The notes below the pieces were generated by a model. It searched no databases. It saw nothing but the letters and a program-made list of their open reading frames with translations, and was not told the origin of the DNA. From positions 4,704,001-4,768,000 of the forward strand of contig OZ244561.1 of NCBI GenBank assembly GCA_965217585.1: DNA of 64,000 nucleotides, read 5' to 3'. Shown here piece by piece: positions 1 to 9,038 of the stretch. Origin of the DNA: Candidatus Latescibacterota bacterium (GTDB lineage: Bacteria; Latescibacterota; UBA2968; UBA8231). Each line of letters begins with the position of its first letter. The stretch's first letter is position 1. Both the position numbers and the translations under genes were made by a program.

Positions 1-1
1 G

Positions 2-1387
2 GAACGCGCTGGCCTAGGTTTTTCTGTCTATGGCATGGGCGCGACGATTGCCGACTACGATGCCGATGGCGACCCGGATATCTACCTGACGACCTTGGGG
101 CCGAACCTGCTCTTGCGCAACGACGCGGGTCGCTTCGTCGATGTGGCGCGGGAAGCGGGCGTGGCGGGCGTGGTCTGGCGCGACGATGCGGGTAATGAGA
201 ATCCCGAGTGGTCCACGGGCGCGGCCTGGGTTGATGTGGATGGCGACGGCTGGCTGGATCTGTTGGTCACCAACTACGTGCATTGGTCTCCCAGCACCGA
301 CATATACACTACGCAAGATGGCAAGGGAAAGTCCTACGCCACGCCACAGCAGTACCCCGGCTCGACGCCGAGGCTCTACCGCAATCTGGGTGAGGGCCGC
401 TTCCGGGAGATAACCAAAGAGGCCGGTCTGTTATTGCCCGAGGGCAAATCCATGGGCGTGGCCATGACCGACTTTGAAGACGACGGCCGCATCGACTTGG
501 TCGTCACCAACGACACCCAGCCCAATTTCCTGTTGCAAAACTTAGGTGGGGGTCGCTTTGCGGAGCGGGGGCTCGCCGCGGGCATTGGCTACGATGAGAG
601 CGGGCGGGCGCGAGCGGGGATGGGCATAGATATCGCATCGGTCGCCAACGACGGCGTGCTTTCCATCGCCATTGGCAACTTCAGCCGCGAGGCGCTCTCA
701 CTCTACCGCCAAGCTGGCGGCGAGGTTTTCGTCGATGGCGCAGGTGGGGCTAGACTGATGCAGGCGACGCTGCGGCCGTTGACCTTTGGGCTGCGCTTTT
801 TCGACTACGATCTCGACGGCTACCAAGACCTGATTTTGGCCAATGGGCACATCGAGCCAGAGATCAACTCGACGCAGAAGGAGATCGAGTACCGTCAACC
901 ACCGCAGTTGTTTTGGAATACCGGCGACGGGCGGATGGTCGAGGTGTCGGAGCAGACGGGCGGGCCATTTCTCAAGCCAGTGGTGGCGCGAGGGCTGTCC
1001 GTCGGCGATATCGACGCAGACGGCGACTTGGACGTGCTGCTGACGACCAATGGCGGTCCGGCTTATCTATTGCGCAACGAGGGGCCGACCGGTCGCGCGG
1101 TGGCGCTCGATCTGACGGGCAAGGTACCTAATCGAGACGCTATTGGCGCGAGGGTGACTGCGCAGGTGGGCGAACAGGAGCAGGTGTTCATGGTGCGCAC
1201 GGGATCTTCCTATTTGAGCCACAGTCCGACGACCCTGACCGTTGGCTTGGGAGCCGCCGAGCAGATCGACCGCTTGGAGATTCGCTGGCCGGATGGGACG
1301 GTGGAAGCCCTTGAACAGCTTGCGGCTGGTGCGAGCTACGAAATCGCGCAGGGTGAGGGTATTGTGGGGCAGAGGGCCTTTCAATAG
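2..1387 (+). CDS. CRTAC1/ASPIC-UnbV family FG-GAP repeat protein (5' partial)
   Basis: Repeated DxDxDGxxD motifs (DYDADGDPD, DVDGDGWLD, DYDLDGYQD, DIDADGDLD) and a C-terminal ASPIC/UnbV pattern (NRDAIGARV...GSSYLS...GLG...IRWPDG). The frame is open from position 2, so the gene starts before the window. Confidence 0.9.
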   Translation, partial: ERAGLGFSVYGMGATIADYDADGDPDIYLTTLGPNLLLRNDAGRFVDVAREAGVAGVVWRDDAGNENPEWSTGAAWVDVDGDGWLDLLVTNYVHWSPSTDIYTTQDGKGKSYATPQQYPGSTPRLYRNLGEGRFREITKEAGLLLPEGKSMGVAMTDFEDDGRIDLVVTNDTQPNFLLQNLGGGRFAERGLAAGIGYDESGRARAGMGIDIASVANDGVLSIAIGNFSREALSLYRQAGGEVFVDGAGGARLMQATLRPLTFGLRFFDYDLDGYQDLILANGHIEPEINSTQKEIEYRQPPQLFWNTGDGRMVEVSEQTGGPFLKPVVARGLSVGDIDADGDLDVLLTTNGGPAYLLRNEGPTGRAVALDLTGKVPNRDAIGARVTAQVGEQEQVFMVRTGSSYLSHSPTTLTVGLGAAEQIDRLEIRWPDGTVEALEQLAAGASYEIAQGEGIVGQRAFQ

Positions 1388-2265
1388 AGCAAGCGGCCCT
1401 TCTCGTCGTGGCTGACCTTGTCGGGGTCGTGCGGCCCGGAGCGGGCGCGTTTAGCCTCCCCTTTTTTGTAGCGGTGGCGCATTTCCGTCTGCCGCCAGCG
1501 CAAAAAACTGCGTTCCTGCGCGTCGCGGTTGCGCGCCGAAGCTGGGGCCGGGATTTCGATGGTGGCGTAGGTGATTTCGCTCACTCGGCGCGACAGAGCG
1601 ATAATCTCTCCTTTGCTGATGACCAAGGTGACGCCGACGTTGGCCTCGACAATGGCGACGCCGTTTTCGCGCGCCCGGGCTAACACGGCGTGGTCTTGAT
1701 CCTTAGAGCGGGAGCCGAAGGAGGGAATGAGCAGGTACTGTGCCCCGTCGAGCACTGGGATGCGGGCGATGTCGGGATTCCAGCGGTCGTTGCAGATGAG
1801 GAAGCCGCAGCGGCCAAACGGAGTGTCAAAGGCATGGGCATGGGCGCCGAGGCGGTTGTACCACCAGGAGGGATGGTAGCCCTCGGCCAGTTGCATTTTG
1901 TGGTACTTGCCGCGCAGGCGGCCCCGGTGGTCAATGAAGACGGCGCAGTTGTACACATCGTCGCCGATGCGCTCGGCCAAGCCAAAGGCTAGGCATATTC
2001 CCAGTTCGCGGGCTAGCTCGCGGAAGCGGCCAATGACCGGGCCGCGCGTGGTGACGGCCACGTCCCGCATCCGTTCTTCCGACTCCTCCCCGGTGATCAG
2101 TTCCATGACCACGTAGCCTTCTAATACCCCTTCGGGCGCCAAGGCCAGTTGGGCACCGCCTTTAGCAGCGGCGCGGAACATGGCCTCTAGGTGGTCGGCA
2201 TTGCCGGCTAGGTCGAATTTTTTAGGCCGGAAGGAAATGGCGGCGACATCTACAGATTGGTACAT
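1381..2265 (-). CDS. carbon-nitrogen hydrolase (nitrilase superfamily)
   Basis: Glu-Lys-Cys triad motifs APEG, YHKMQL, ICND. Start placed at ATG 2265 behind an AGGAG SD. Confidence 0.9.
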   Translation of the reverse strand: MYQSVDVAAISFRPKKFDLAGNADHLEAMFRAAAKGGAQLALAPEGVLEGYVVMELITGEESEERMRDVAVTTRGPVIGRFRELARELGICLAFGLAERIGDDVYNCAVFIDHRGRLRGKYHKMQLAEGYHPSWWYNRLGAHAHAFDTPFGRCGFLICNDRWNPDIARIPVLDGAQYLLIPSFGSRSKDQDHAVLARARENGVAIVEANVGVTLVISKGEIIALSRRVSEITYATIEIPAPASARNRDAQERSFLRWRQTEMRHRYKKGEAKRARSGPHDPDKVSHDEKGRLLY

Positions 2266-2276
2266 GGGTTCGTCTC

Positions 2277-3659
2277 CTATTCTTCTTGGCGGCAAAAGCG
2301 CAGCGCGTACAGGTCGGCGTCGTACATGACAAAGCGCAGACGCACTGGCCGACCGGCCAATGGGCCTACTTCAGCGCCCGATTCCCACTGCACAGCTAAG
2401 TCCGTCTGATCCTGAAAAAGCTCGGGCGAATCGGCCAGCGCTAGGCCGGGGAAAGGCTTGCCGTTTTCGTCCTGAATTTCGACGCGGATGCTGCCGGCTG
2501 CGGAGGTGGACATATTGAGCCGCAACTGATCGCCGCTAAAGATCAGGGGCTTGGTGGTGAACTGGCCGCCGCGATAGGGAGCTTGCACCGAGGCGAAACC
2601 ATCCAAGCGCATCGTCAGGCGGCGGATGCAGGATGTGGGCATGCGCCAGTGCTCGGTCATGTAGAGCGACAGTTCGGCGGGTCCGGTACGCAGCAGGCCG
2701 CGCATGATGTACACGCTGCGGTCGTGCCAATTGCCGGGGTTGGGGCCTGGGCGCACGAAGGCTTCCGGGAAGAGCCTGTCGAAGTGGAGGCCGTCGTGGC
2801 TGCTCATTAGCACGCCGTCGTTGACCCCGGGATACGGCCAACCGGGCGTGGGGCTGCGGCTGTTGACAAAGCGCGAGGGGAACATCAAGTAGAGGCCGGG
2901 GGAACGCTCGTAGGGAACGCAGGAATTGGTGTACATGTGCTCCAGCGGCGCATCGCCGGTGTCGATGGCTGCTAGCGGACTCCAGTGGACAAAGTCGTCG
3001 GAGGTGGCGCGGCGGATCCAGCGCACGCCTCCCTTGAAGGCGCGAGTGGCACCGTGGCCGAGTTCGCCATCGCAGCGAATGCCTCGGGTGTACATGATGT
3101 ACTGGCCGGTCCACGGATCGCGGAAGGCGATATTGTGCGAGTCGAATGGGCCTTCGGTCTGCACAGGTTCGGGGTTTTTGCGCCAGTGCAAGCCGTCGGG
3201 CGAGGTCGCCGTGTAAATGGCACCGCGCCGGCCGATGCCTTTGTAACGCTCTTGAGCCGGGGCTGCTGGATCGAGGAACGGGGAGAAGTTGACTAGGTTG
3301 GGATCGTCGAGAACTAGGTTATTGGCCGTCGAGCCTTGGAAGTCGATGAGGCCCAGCTCTGGTTTGTGCCAAGTGATGCCGTCGCTGCTTTCGGCATAGG
3401 CGGTGCAGGCCCTGTCGGTTTTGTTGTTGTCGGCGTGGGGGATGCAGCGGTACCAGGCGCGGAAGCGGTCGCCGTCTTTGAAGAGCACGGCGTAGGCGAG
3501 GCCGCCTTCTTCCCAAGGATGGTCAATGCGCACTGCGGCGTTGCGGCGCGCGGGCTGGTGGAGGACTTGGCGGGCGTCTTGTAGCTCGTCGATGAGGCGG
3601 CGGTCGAGCAGTAGTTGGCGATTGGAGCCGATGGGGATGGGGGTGTTTGATTGGTTCAT
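2277..3659 (-). CDS. putative glycoside hydrolase, five-bladed beta-propeller (GH32/43/130-like) with C-terminal beta-sandwich
   Basis: YAESSDGITW, SPDGLHW and SHDGLHF blade motifs, plus C-terminal RLDGFAS...LRF..ADLYAL. Paralogous to 34035..35588. Confidence 0.7.
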   Translation of the reverse strand: MNQSNTPIPIGSNRQLLLDRRLIDELQDARQVLHQPARRNAAVRIDHPWEEGGLAYAVLFKDGDRFRAWYRCIPHADNNKTDRACTAYAESSDGITWHKPELGLIDFQGSTANNLVLDDPNLVNFSPFLDPAAPAQERYKGIGRRGAIYTATSPDGLHWRKNPEPVQTEGPFDSHNIAFRDPWTGQYIMYTRGIRCDGELGHGATRAFKGGVRWIRRATSDDFVHWSPLAAIDTGDAPLEHMYTNSCVPYERSPGLYLMFPSRFVNSRSPTPGWPYPGVNDGVLMSSHDGLHFDRLFPEAFVRPGPNPGNWHDRSVYIMRGLLRTGPAELSLYMTEHWRMPTSCIRRLTMRLDGFASVQAPYRGGQFTTKPLIFSGDQLRLNMSTSAAGSIRVEIQDENGKPFPGLALADSPELFQDQTDLAVQWESGAEVGPLAGRPVRLRFVMYDADLYALRFCRQEE

Positions 3660-5275
3660 TCGGGTTGAATTTCAGGTAGTTGGGAGAGTATTGCCTTAGA
3701 AACGGACGGAACGCTGTTGTTTCGGAGAACGCGTGTCAGCCAGCTTTCAAAATCATGCTTCTTCTGTTTTTTGAGCTTACGCGCAACAAGCACTATTACT
3801 TCCTTATTGTCATAATACGAAAGTAGTTTCGGCAGATCCCGCTCAGCTATAGCTTGGTTGATTTGCTCTGTGGCCTGCTTTGCGATTGATCTTATATTAA
3901 GGATTTCAGTCCGAGAGCGATACTCCTCTTCGAGATCATCAATGGTTCCTGCCTCGCTCAAATCGACTTTCTTCAACATTCGATCGACGCGCCTTCTGCA
4001 ATACCTCACAACCACCTTCTCGATTTTTTCAGGAGAGTTTATTGTTTCAAATATTGCATTTGATAACTGAGCGAGGACTTCGTCAAGTTCGGTGCCTCGG
4101 TATCCATCAGTTTCGGCAATTGCTCTACTGACATCAGGCAGCGCAATCACATTTTCGATTTCGGAAACAGGAAGAACTTTGATCCCCCGTTCGGCCAAAT
4201 AATGCTTGTCTTCATCGTCATAGTCGTCCGCATCGACTATTCCAGAACACTTTATCCGGGTGAGGTCAGCGTTCTTTCGCATGGTTATCACCGAATGGAT
4301 AACTTCCGAGCAAGAGCCACGAGGAATGACAGTCCATTTAGGGTAACAACGACGATAAATAGCCATATCAAGACTGCCGTGATCGCCTTCGACAAATAGA
4401 ATTGGCCTCCGGCTACCAAGTATCAGTGTGACAAGCTCATCGTTAAAGCCTGTTTCCTCCGGTACTTTTTCAATCGTCCAGCGCGGTGTTGGGTCGTAAT
4501 CCTTTATCACGAATTTTTGTGCCGTGCGTGCAACTGCAAATTCAAGATCATGGGTGATAAACACAAATGCACAATCGGGTCGGTTCGCTTCTAATTCATC
4601 CCAAAGCTTTGACATAATGGATCGATGAACATGAAGTTCGGGCTCATCAATAATAAGAACCGTATCTTCTTCCGCGACCAGTGTTTGTCCTATCATATAA
4701 AAGATGGCTCGCTCACCATCACTCATCTCAGATGCTTTATAAGTCTGGTTAGAGCTTGGTAATGATACCAGAATATCATCTCCGGAAATATGAAGTTTCC
4801 TGTGTGGCAACAAGCGGTCCCATATTTCCTGTAAGGTATCAAATTTTGTGAGTTGAAAAGACTCGTCCGTTTCAATAGCTCCAGGCTTATAGCGTCGATA
4901 AGCCTGGAGCGAAGTATTTGACTGTTCCGCGAATAATGCTTGAATCAGATAATCAAAATCATTGAGTAATTGTACCGCACCTTTACTCTGCCATCGATGG
5001 CTTTCTCTGTATCTTATTCCGGCCTTCTCATCAGCGCTCCCGGTACGTAGCCCCATGAGAGCCTTCTTCTCACTGATTTTTGCAACATCCGGATTCAGCG
5101 TTAGCGCTCTGTGAGCAGAGATTCTATGGGCTTGAAGTCCCAAGACTCGCTCTATCTGCACCGCCAAGCGCGTCTTTCCGCCACCATTTGCCCCTACGAA
5201 AATGAGTGAACTGCCGGCAGGTAATTCAAAATTAGTGTTTCCTTGGTCAGTTGGGATTGAAAACTGGAAGTTCAA
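3656..5275 (-). CDS. ABC-type (AAA_15/AAA_21) ATPase fused to DUF4435/TOPRIM-like domain; PARIS AriA-AriB-fusion/OLD-like candidate defence protein
   Basis: Walker A GANGGGKT, signature EMSDGER, Walker B IIDEPELH, H-loop ITH. TOPRIM-like LFVEG...IPRGSC...GIVDADD. Visibly more AT-rich than its neighbours. Confidence 0.75.
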   Translation of the reverse strand: MNFQFSIPTDQGNTNFELPAGSSLIFVGANGGGKTRLAVQIERVLGLQAHRISAHRALTLNPDVAKISEKKALMGLRTGSADEKAGIRYRESHRWQSKGAVQLLNDFDYLIQALFAEQSNTSLQAYRRYKPGAIETDESFQLTKFDTLQEIWDRLLPHRKLHISGDDILVSLPSSNQTYKASEMSDGERAIFYMIGQTLVAEEDTVLIIDEPELHVHRSIMSKLWDELEANRPDCAFVFITHDLEFAVARTAQKFVIKDYDPTPRWTIEKVPEETGFNDELVTLILGSRRPILFVEGDHGSLDMAIYRRCYPKWTVIPRGSCSEVIHSVITMRKNADLTRIKCSGIVDADDYDDEDKHYLAERGIKVLPVSEIENVIALPDVSRAIAETDGYRGTELDEVLAQLSNAIFETINSPEKIEKVVVRYCRRRVDRMLKKVDLSEAGTIDDLEEEYRSRTEILNIRSIAKQATEQINQAIAERDLPKLLSYYDNKEVIVLVARKLKKQKKHDFESWLTRVLRNNSVPSVSKAILSQLPEIQPE

Positions 5276-5327
5276 TTTCGATTCTCCAATAATTTTTTAA
5301 TGGATGAACGCTTACATATAGGTACGA

Positions 5328-5440
5328 AAGCGGTCGCTATCTTTGAAGAGTACGGTGTAGGCGATACGGCCTTCTTCATAGTCGCTACTACGGCGTTGTG
5401 GTGCCCGGGCTAGTGGAGCCTTGGCGGGCGTATTATAGCT
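5328..5440 (-). pseudogene. decayed duplicate of the 5' coding region (3463..3586) of the propeller hydrolase gene
   Basis: aagcggtcgctatctttgaagagtacggtgtaggcga...cttggcgggcgtattatagct aligns with aagcggtcgccgtctttgaagagcacggcgtaggcga...cttggcgggcgtcttgtagct. Differences are mostly C>T/G>A, plus one short deletion. Confidence 0.8.
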
Positions 5441-5489
5441 AACGTAGGTCTGATCTACAACTTAACAAGTCTTGTTCTATCCCATCCGC

Positions 5490-5518
5490 TTGCGATTCGG
5501 ACACTTATGTCCTATTCT
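5490..5518 (+). promoter_or_regulatory. sigma70-type promoter of hicA with overlapping palindromic operator
   Basis: TTGCGA-N17-TATTCT, with the inverted repeat GGACA-ctta-TGTCC (5499..5512) in the spacer. The -10 ends 7 nt before the GTG and no SD is present. Confidence 0.6.
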
Positions 5519-5525
5519 GTAGAAC

Positions 5526-5741
5526 GTGAAAGGCAGAGAATTCGTAGACCGGGTTTTTGAGCTTGGCGCGGAGCGCGCGGTTTCCGTGCGTCTCGATACC
5601 AAGCGCGGCAAGGGGAGTCACGTCACGCTGTATTACGGTACGCGCAAGACCGTCGTAAAAGATCGCCGCAAGGAGCTTGCTCCCGGCCTGCTGTCCGCTA
5701 TGATCCGTCAGCTCGGCCTCGAACGCAGCGACTTTAAGTAA
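5526..5741 (+). CDS. hicA: HicA family toxin (mRNA interferase)
   Basis: 71 aa, with a RGKGSH motif and ELAPGLLSAMIRQLGL C-terminus typical of HicA. Cognate hicB lies beyond the IS. Confidence 0.85.
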   Translation: MKGREFVDRVFELGAERAVSVRLDTKRGKGSHVTLYYGTRKTVVKDRRKELAPGLLSAMIRQLGLERSDFK

Positions 5742-5742
5742 G

Positions 5743-7040
5743 TTGAATTCGACAGGTAGTTGTCTTAGGCGGCCTTTGTGTAGGTTCGTTTTTGGTTATG
5801 TTCAATCTGTTTTCGCGCACACTCCCAAGCAAAATTTCGCTTGAGGGTAAACGCACTCCACGGTCCTTGGTGGGGAATATCCCGCTGCCGAAAATGGATC
5901 AAAACCAAGTAGGCCATAACGGACAACGCGACGGAGCGTTCGACTCGTTGGGTCTGCTTGGTCACCTGGGCTTGTCCTAATCCGGTGGCCCCTTTCAATT
6001 CTTTGATGAGCAGTTCCACGTGCCAGCGGCGGGTATACAACACGACGAGTTGGCCTGCGGTCACGTCCGGTAGATTGGTCACCAGGATTTTGGTTTGTTT
6101 CGGCGAATCGTTGCGCCGTTTCTTGCTCAAGACCAACGTGACATCTCCGATGTGTCGCAGGCGTTTACGACCGCGGTAGACCCAATAGACCCGCCGACGG
6201 GAGCCGTGCGGACGAAACCAGATTTTTCGATAACAGGTATGGCGCGTATGATGGACCCAATCTTTGAGCGTATGGCCGTCTTCAAACTTCCAGGTGCGGG
6301 GCAGACTCATGACGAAAAAGAAGCCTCGTTGCTGGATCAAGTGCAGCGTTTCTTTAGCGGGAAACCCGGCATCGGCGACCACGATCACTTGCTGGGCCCA
6401 AGCCGGTGGTACCAAGGCGGTCAGCATCTGACGAAACAACACATTGGGCTTCTGATAGGCCGGGTCTTCTTTACGCCGAACCAACTCGAAATCGATAGGG
6501 ATTCGATAATTGCCCCACTGCAGCATGACCAGGATCACTTCAAACCCCCACAGAAAGGGACTATAGCCATCGGCGCGGGCTTTGCGCACCAACGGATGTT
6601 TCTTGGCCACCTTGGCTTTGTAGGTCCCGTCGACGATCACCAACACCCGACCGTCTTCCGCCGGTGGCAGCCCGGCGATCACCGCATCAACCAAGTACCC
6701 CAACAGCAACCGCCAACTCCAGTAGGTCGCACTCAGCAAGCGACGTAAGTGCCATTCCGCTATATGGTTAGGCCCCAAGCGGGCTAAACCACACAGCGTC
6801 GCTTTATCTTGATAGATTAACAACAGCGTCATACTCCAACAGAACACCAGATGATGGCGATGACGAAAAAAATGTTGAGTCCCACGCAAAAAATAACGAA
6901 GGTTCACAGGCAAGCGAGTCAGGTTCAGCATCGGAGTTTCCCTGGGGTAGATGATCCATGGCGGTGAATCAAGCTATCCCAAAATAGGGAGACTCCGATG
7001 CCTGTTCGAGCCTAAATATCAACCTACCTGTCGAATTCAA
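5743..7040 (-). mobile_element. complete insertion sequence, 1298 bp, IS701/IS4-superfamily DDE type
   Basis: Perfect 17-bp terminal inverted repeats TTGAATTCGACAGGTAG (5743..5759) and CTACCTGTCGAATTCAA (7024..7040). Abutting direct repeat GTAAG at 5738..5742 and 7041..7045; an alternative reading is 7-bp TAAGTAA with the ends moved out one base. Confidence 0.93.
5765..6931 (-). CDS. DDE transposase (IS701/IS4-like)
   Basis: VIVDGT, VVADAGF and YTRRWHVELLIKELK (YREK-like) motifs. Intact 388-aa ORF inside the TIRs. Confidence 0.9.
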   Translation of the reverse strand: MLNLTRLPVNLRYFLRGTQHFFRHRHHLVFCWSMTLLLIYQDKATLCGLARLGPNHIAEWHLRRLLSATYWSWRLLLGYLVDAVIAGLPPAEDGRVLVIVDGTYKAKVAKKHPLVRKARADGYSPFLWGFEVILVMLQWGNYRIPIDFELVRRKEDPAYQKPNVLFRQMLTALVPPAWAQQVIVVADAGFPAKETLHLIQQRGFFFVMSLPRTWKFEDGHTLKDWVHHTRHTCYRKIWFRPHGSRRRVYWVYRGRKRLRHIGDVTLVLSKKRRNDSPKQTKILVTNLPDVTAGQLVVLYTRRWHVELLIKELKGATGLGQAQVTKQTQRVERSVALSVMAYLVLIHFRQRDIPHQGPWSAFTLKRNFAWECARKQIEHNQKRTYTKAA

Positions 7041-7077
7041 GTAAGTAAGGTAAAGGTATAGGAAAAAGGAGATCGTC

Positions 7078-7506
7078 ATGCAGTTTCGCTATCCCGCACG
7101 GCTTCAGCCCGATCACTCGGGCGAGATCATCGTCTCGTTCCGGGATCTTCCCGAATGTCTCACGTCCGGCACCGACGAGGCCGAGGCTCTCATCGAGGCT
7201 CGCGACGCCCTTGAGGAAGCTATCGCCGGCCGCATTGACGACGACGAGCCGATCCCGGTGCCGAGTCGGCGGCGCGCCGCCGAGCAGCTCATCGCCGTGC
7301 CGCCGGACATGGCTGCGAAGGCTGCGTTCGCGTTGGCGTTCCGCGCTAGTGGTCTGTCGCGCCTTGTTTTGGCTCGCCGCCTCGGCGTCAACGAGAAAGT
7401 CGTGCGTCGCATGCTCGACCCGCGTCACCACACGGCCGCCAACCGGATTCACAAGGCCCTGCGCGTGCTCGGTCAGGAGCTCATTGTGGAGTCGCGTGCG
7501 GCGTAA
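7078..7506 (+). CDS. hicB: HicB family antitoxin with C-terminal HTH
   Basis: VSFRDLPECLTSG..EAEAL..ARDALEEAI, followed by an HTH (LARRLGVNEKVVRRMLDP). AAGGAG SD. Confidence 0.9.
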   Translation: MQFRYPARLQPDHSGEIIVSFRDLPECLTSGTDEAEALIEARDALEEAIAGRIDDDEPIPVPSRRRAAEQLIAVPPDMAAKAAFALAFRASGLSRLVLARRLGVNEKVVRRMLDPRHHTAANRIHKALRVLGQELIVESRAA

Positions 7507-7522
7507 TGGGGGTGGCCTGCTG

Positions 7523-8101
7523 CTACTGTTTTCGCAGCGATTTCTTCAACAATCTGCCCCAGATTCTGTCGTAGGGATGGACGACCTTTACCCGCTCGTT
7601 TCCCCGATAGACAGGTCGTCCCTCGTTTGCCCAGGCGAAGATCGATCCTTCCAGATTATAGACCTCCGTATATCCCTTTTTCATTAGGAACTGGGCAAGT
7701 TCCGACGAGCGGTACCCCACGGAACAGTACAAAACAATACGCTGGTCCGATGGTACTCCTTGGAGCGCTTTCTGGGCCTCGTCTTTCGAGGGGGCTGGCC
7801 GGGCACCCTGCAGATGGCTGACGGCATATTCCTCGGATTCTCGTACGTCGAACAGCAGGAGGTTTTCCCGCTGCGGAGATTCGTCGAGCCAGGATTGTAG
7901 CGTATCGGTTGAGACCTGGGCGACTGTCGGAAATCTAGCGCGGATCATCTTCAGCGTCATGGACCAGAACATAGTGTTATCCTCGCCTTCTTCCGGAGCC
8001 TCGGCATAGGCAGGTGCGGATGCGGCGACGCCAATACATATCGCTAGTAGTAGGGCAAACATGAGACCTGTCTTAAATTGGTGGAGGTTGAGTCGGCTCA
8101 T
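7523..8101 (-). CDS. exported rhodanese-like domain protein
   Basis: LFDVRE..EYAVSHL.GA, active-site loop YCSVGYRS and NLEGSIFAW. Hydrophobic N-terminus; start uncertain. Confidence 0.85.
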   Translation of the reverse strand: MSRLNLHQFKTGLMFALLLAICIGVAASAPAYAEAPEEGEDNTMFWSMTLKMIRARFPTVAQVSTDTLQSWLDESPQRENLLLFDVRESEEYAVSHLQGARPAPSKDEAQKALQGVPSDQRIVLYCSVGYRSSELAQFLMKKGYTEVYNLEGSIFAWANEGRPVYRGNERVKVVHPYDRIWGRLLKKSLRKQ

Positions 8102-8138
8102 AAGGATAAATACTTATAGAAGAGGAGGAACTGATCCG

Positions 8139-8969
8139 ATGCAAGACCTACGCATAGCCGCGGTGCAGATGAACTGCCGCGTCGCGGAACACGATCGCAA
8201 TTTAGCAACTATCGAGCGCTTTGCCGAGGCGGCGGCGGCACAAGATGTGGACATCGTCTGCTTTCCCGAGCTGTGCGTGTGCGGGTACAATGCCGGCGAC
8301 ACCTCGACGCCGGAGCCCGAGCCGCTCGCAGGTGGATCGCTCCACAGGCTCGAAGAGATCGCACGCAACGGCCAAATCACCCTGCTCGCTGGTATCCTCG
8401 AACGGGACGCCAGCGGCATCGTTTACAACACGCAGGTCGCCTGTGGTCCCGAGGGGTACGTCGGCCGCTATCGCAAGACGCACGTCCCTGATTCCGAGAT
8501 CGGCACTTGGCGCCACGGCGATGATCTGCCGGTATTTGACCATGCAAAGGCCCGCTACGGTATTGAGATTTGTTACGATTCTCACTTCCCGGAGTTGAGC
8601 ACCCTGTTGGCGGAAAAGGGAGCCGAGGTGATCTTCCTGCCCCATGCCTCACCGGGGGAGACCCCCGCAAACAAGCGGGCTCGCTGGATGCGCTACGTTC
8701 CTGCCCGTGCGTACGACAACAACGTGTACGTCGCTATTTGCAATAACGTCGGCGACAACGGGGCCGGTCGCACTTTCTCGGGGGTGACCTTCATCTGCGA
8801 TCCCCTCGGTGCGGTCATTGCCGAAGGGCAGAGCGGCAGTAAAGAGGAGATGGTCGTCGCCGACTTGAGTGCGTCGGCGCTGGCGGAGAGTCGCAGGAAG
8901 ACGCTGATGTTCTTCCGCCATTACCGACGGCCCGAGATGTACCGGCGCTGGGAGAATGAGATCAGATAG
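8139..8969 (+). CDS. carbon-nitrogen hydrolase (nitrilase superfamily)
   Basis: CFPEL, YRKTH and ICYD triad motifs. ATG 8139 behind GAGGAGG. Confidence 0.92.
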   Translation: MQDLRIAAVQMNCRVAEHDRNLATIERFAEAAAAQDVDIVCFPELCVCGYNAGDTSTPEPEPLAGGSLHRLEEIARNGQITLLAGILERDASGIVYNTQVACGPEGYVGRYRKTHVPDSEIGTWRHGDDLPVFDHAKARYGIEICYDSHFPELSTLLAEKGAEVIFLPHASPGETPANKRARWMRYVPARAYDNNVYVAICNNVGDNGAGRTFSGVTFICDPLGAVIAEGQSGSKEEMVVADLSASALAESRRKTLMFFRHYRRPEMYRRWENEIR

Positions 8970-9038
8970 GGTAGCTCGGCCCGGGCGCAACGCTAGATTC
9001 GTCCCTTGGCGGGCACTTAAACACAGGGAGCTGAAACG

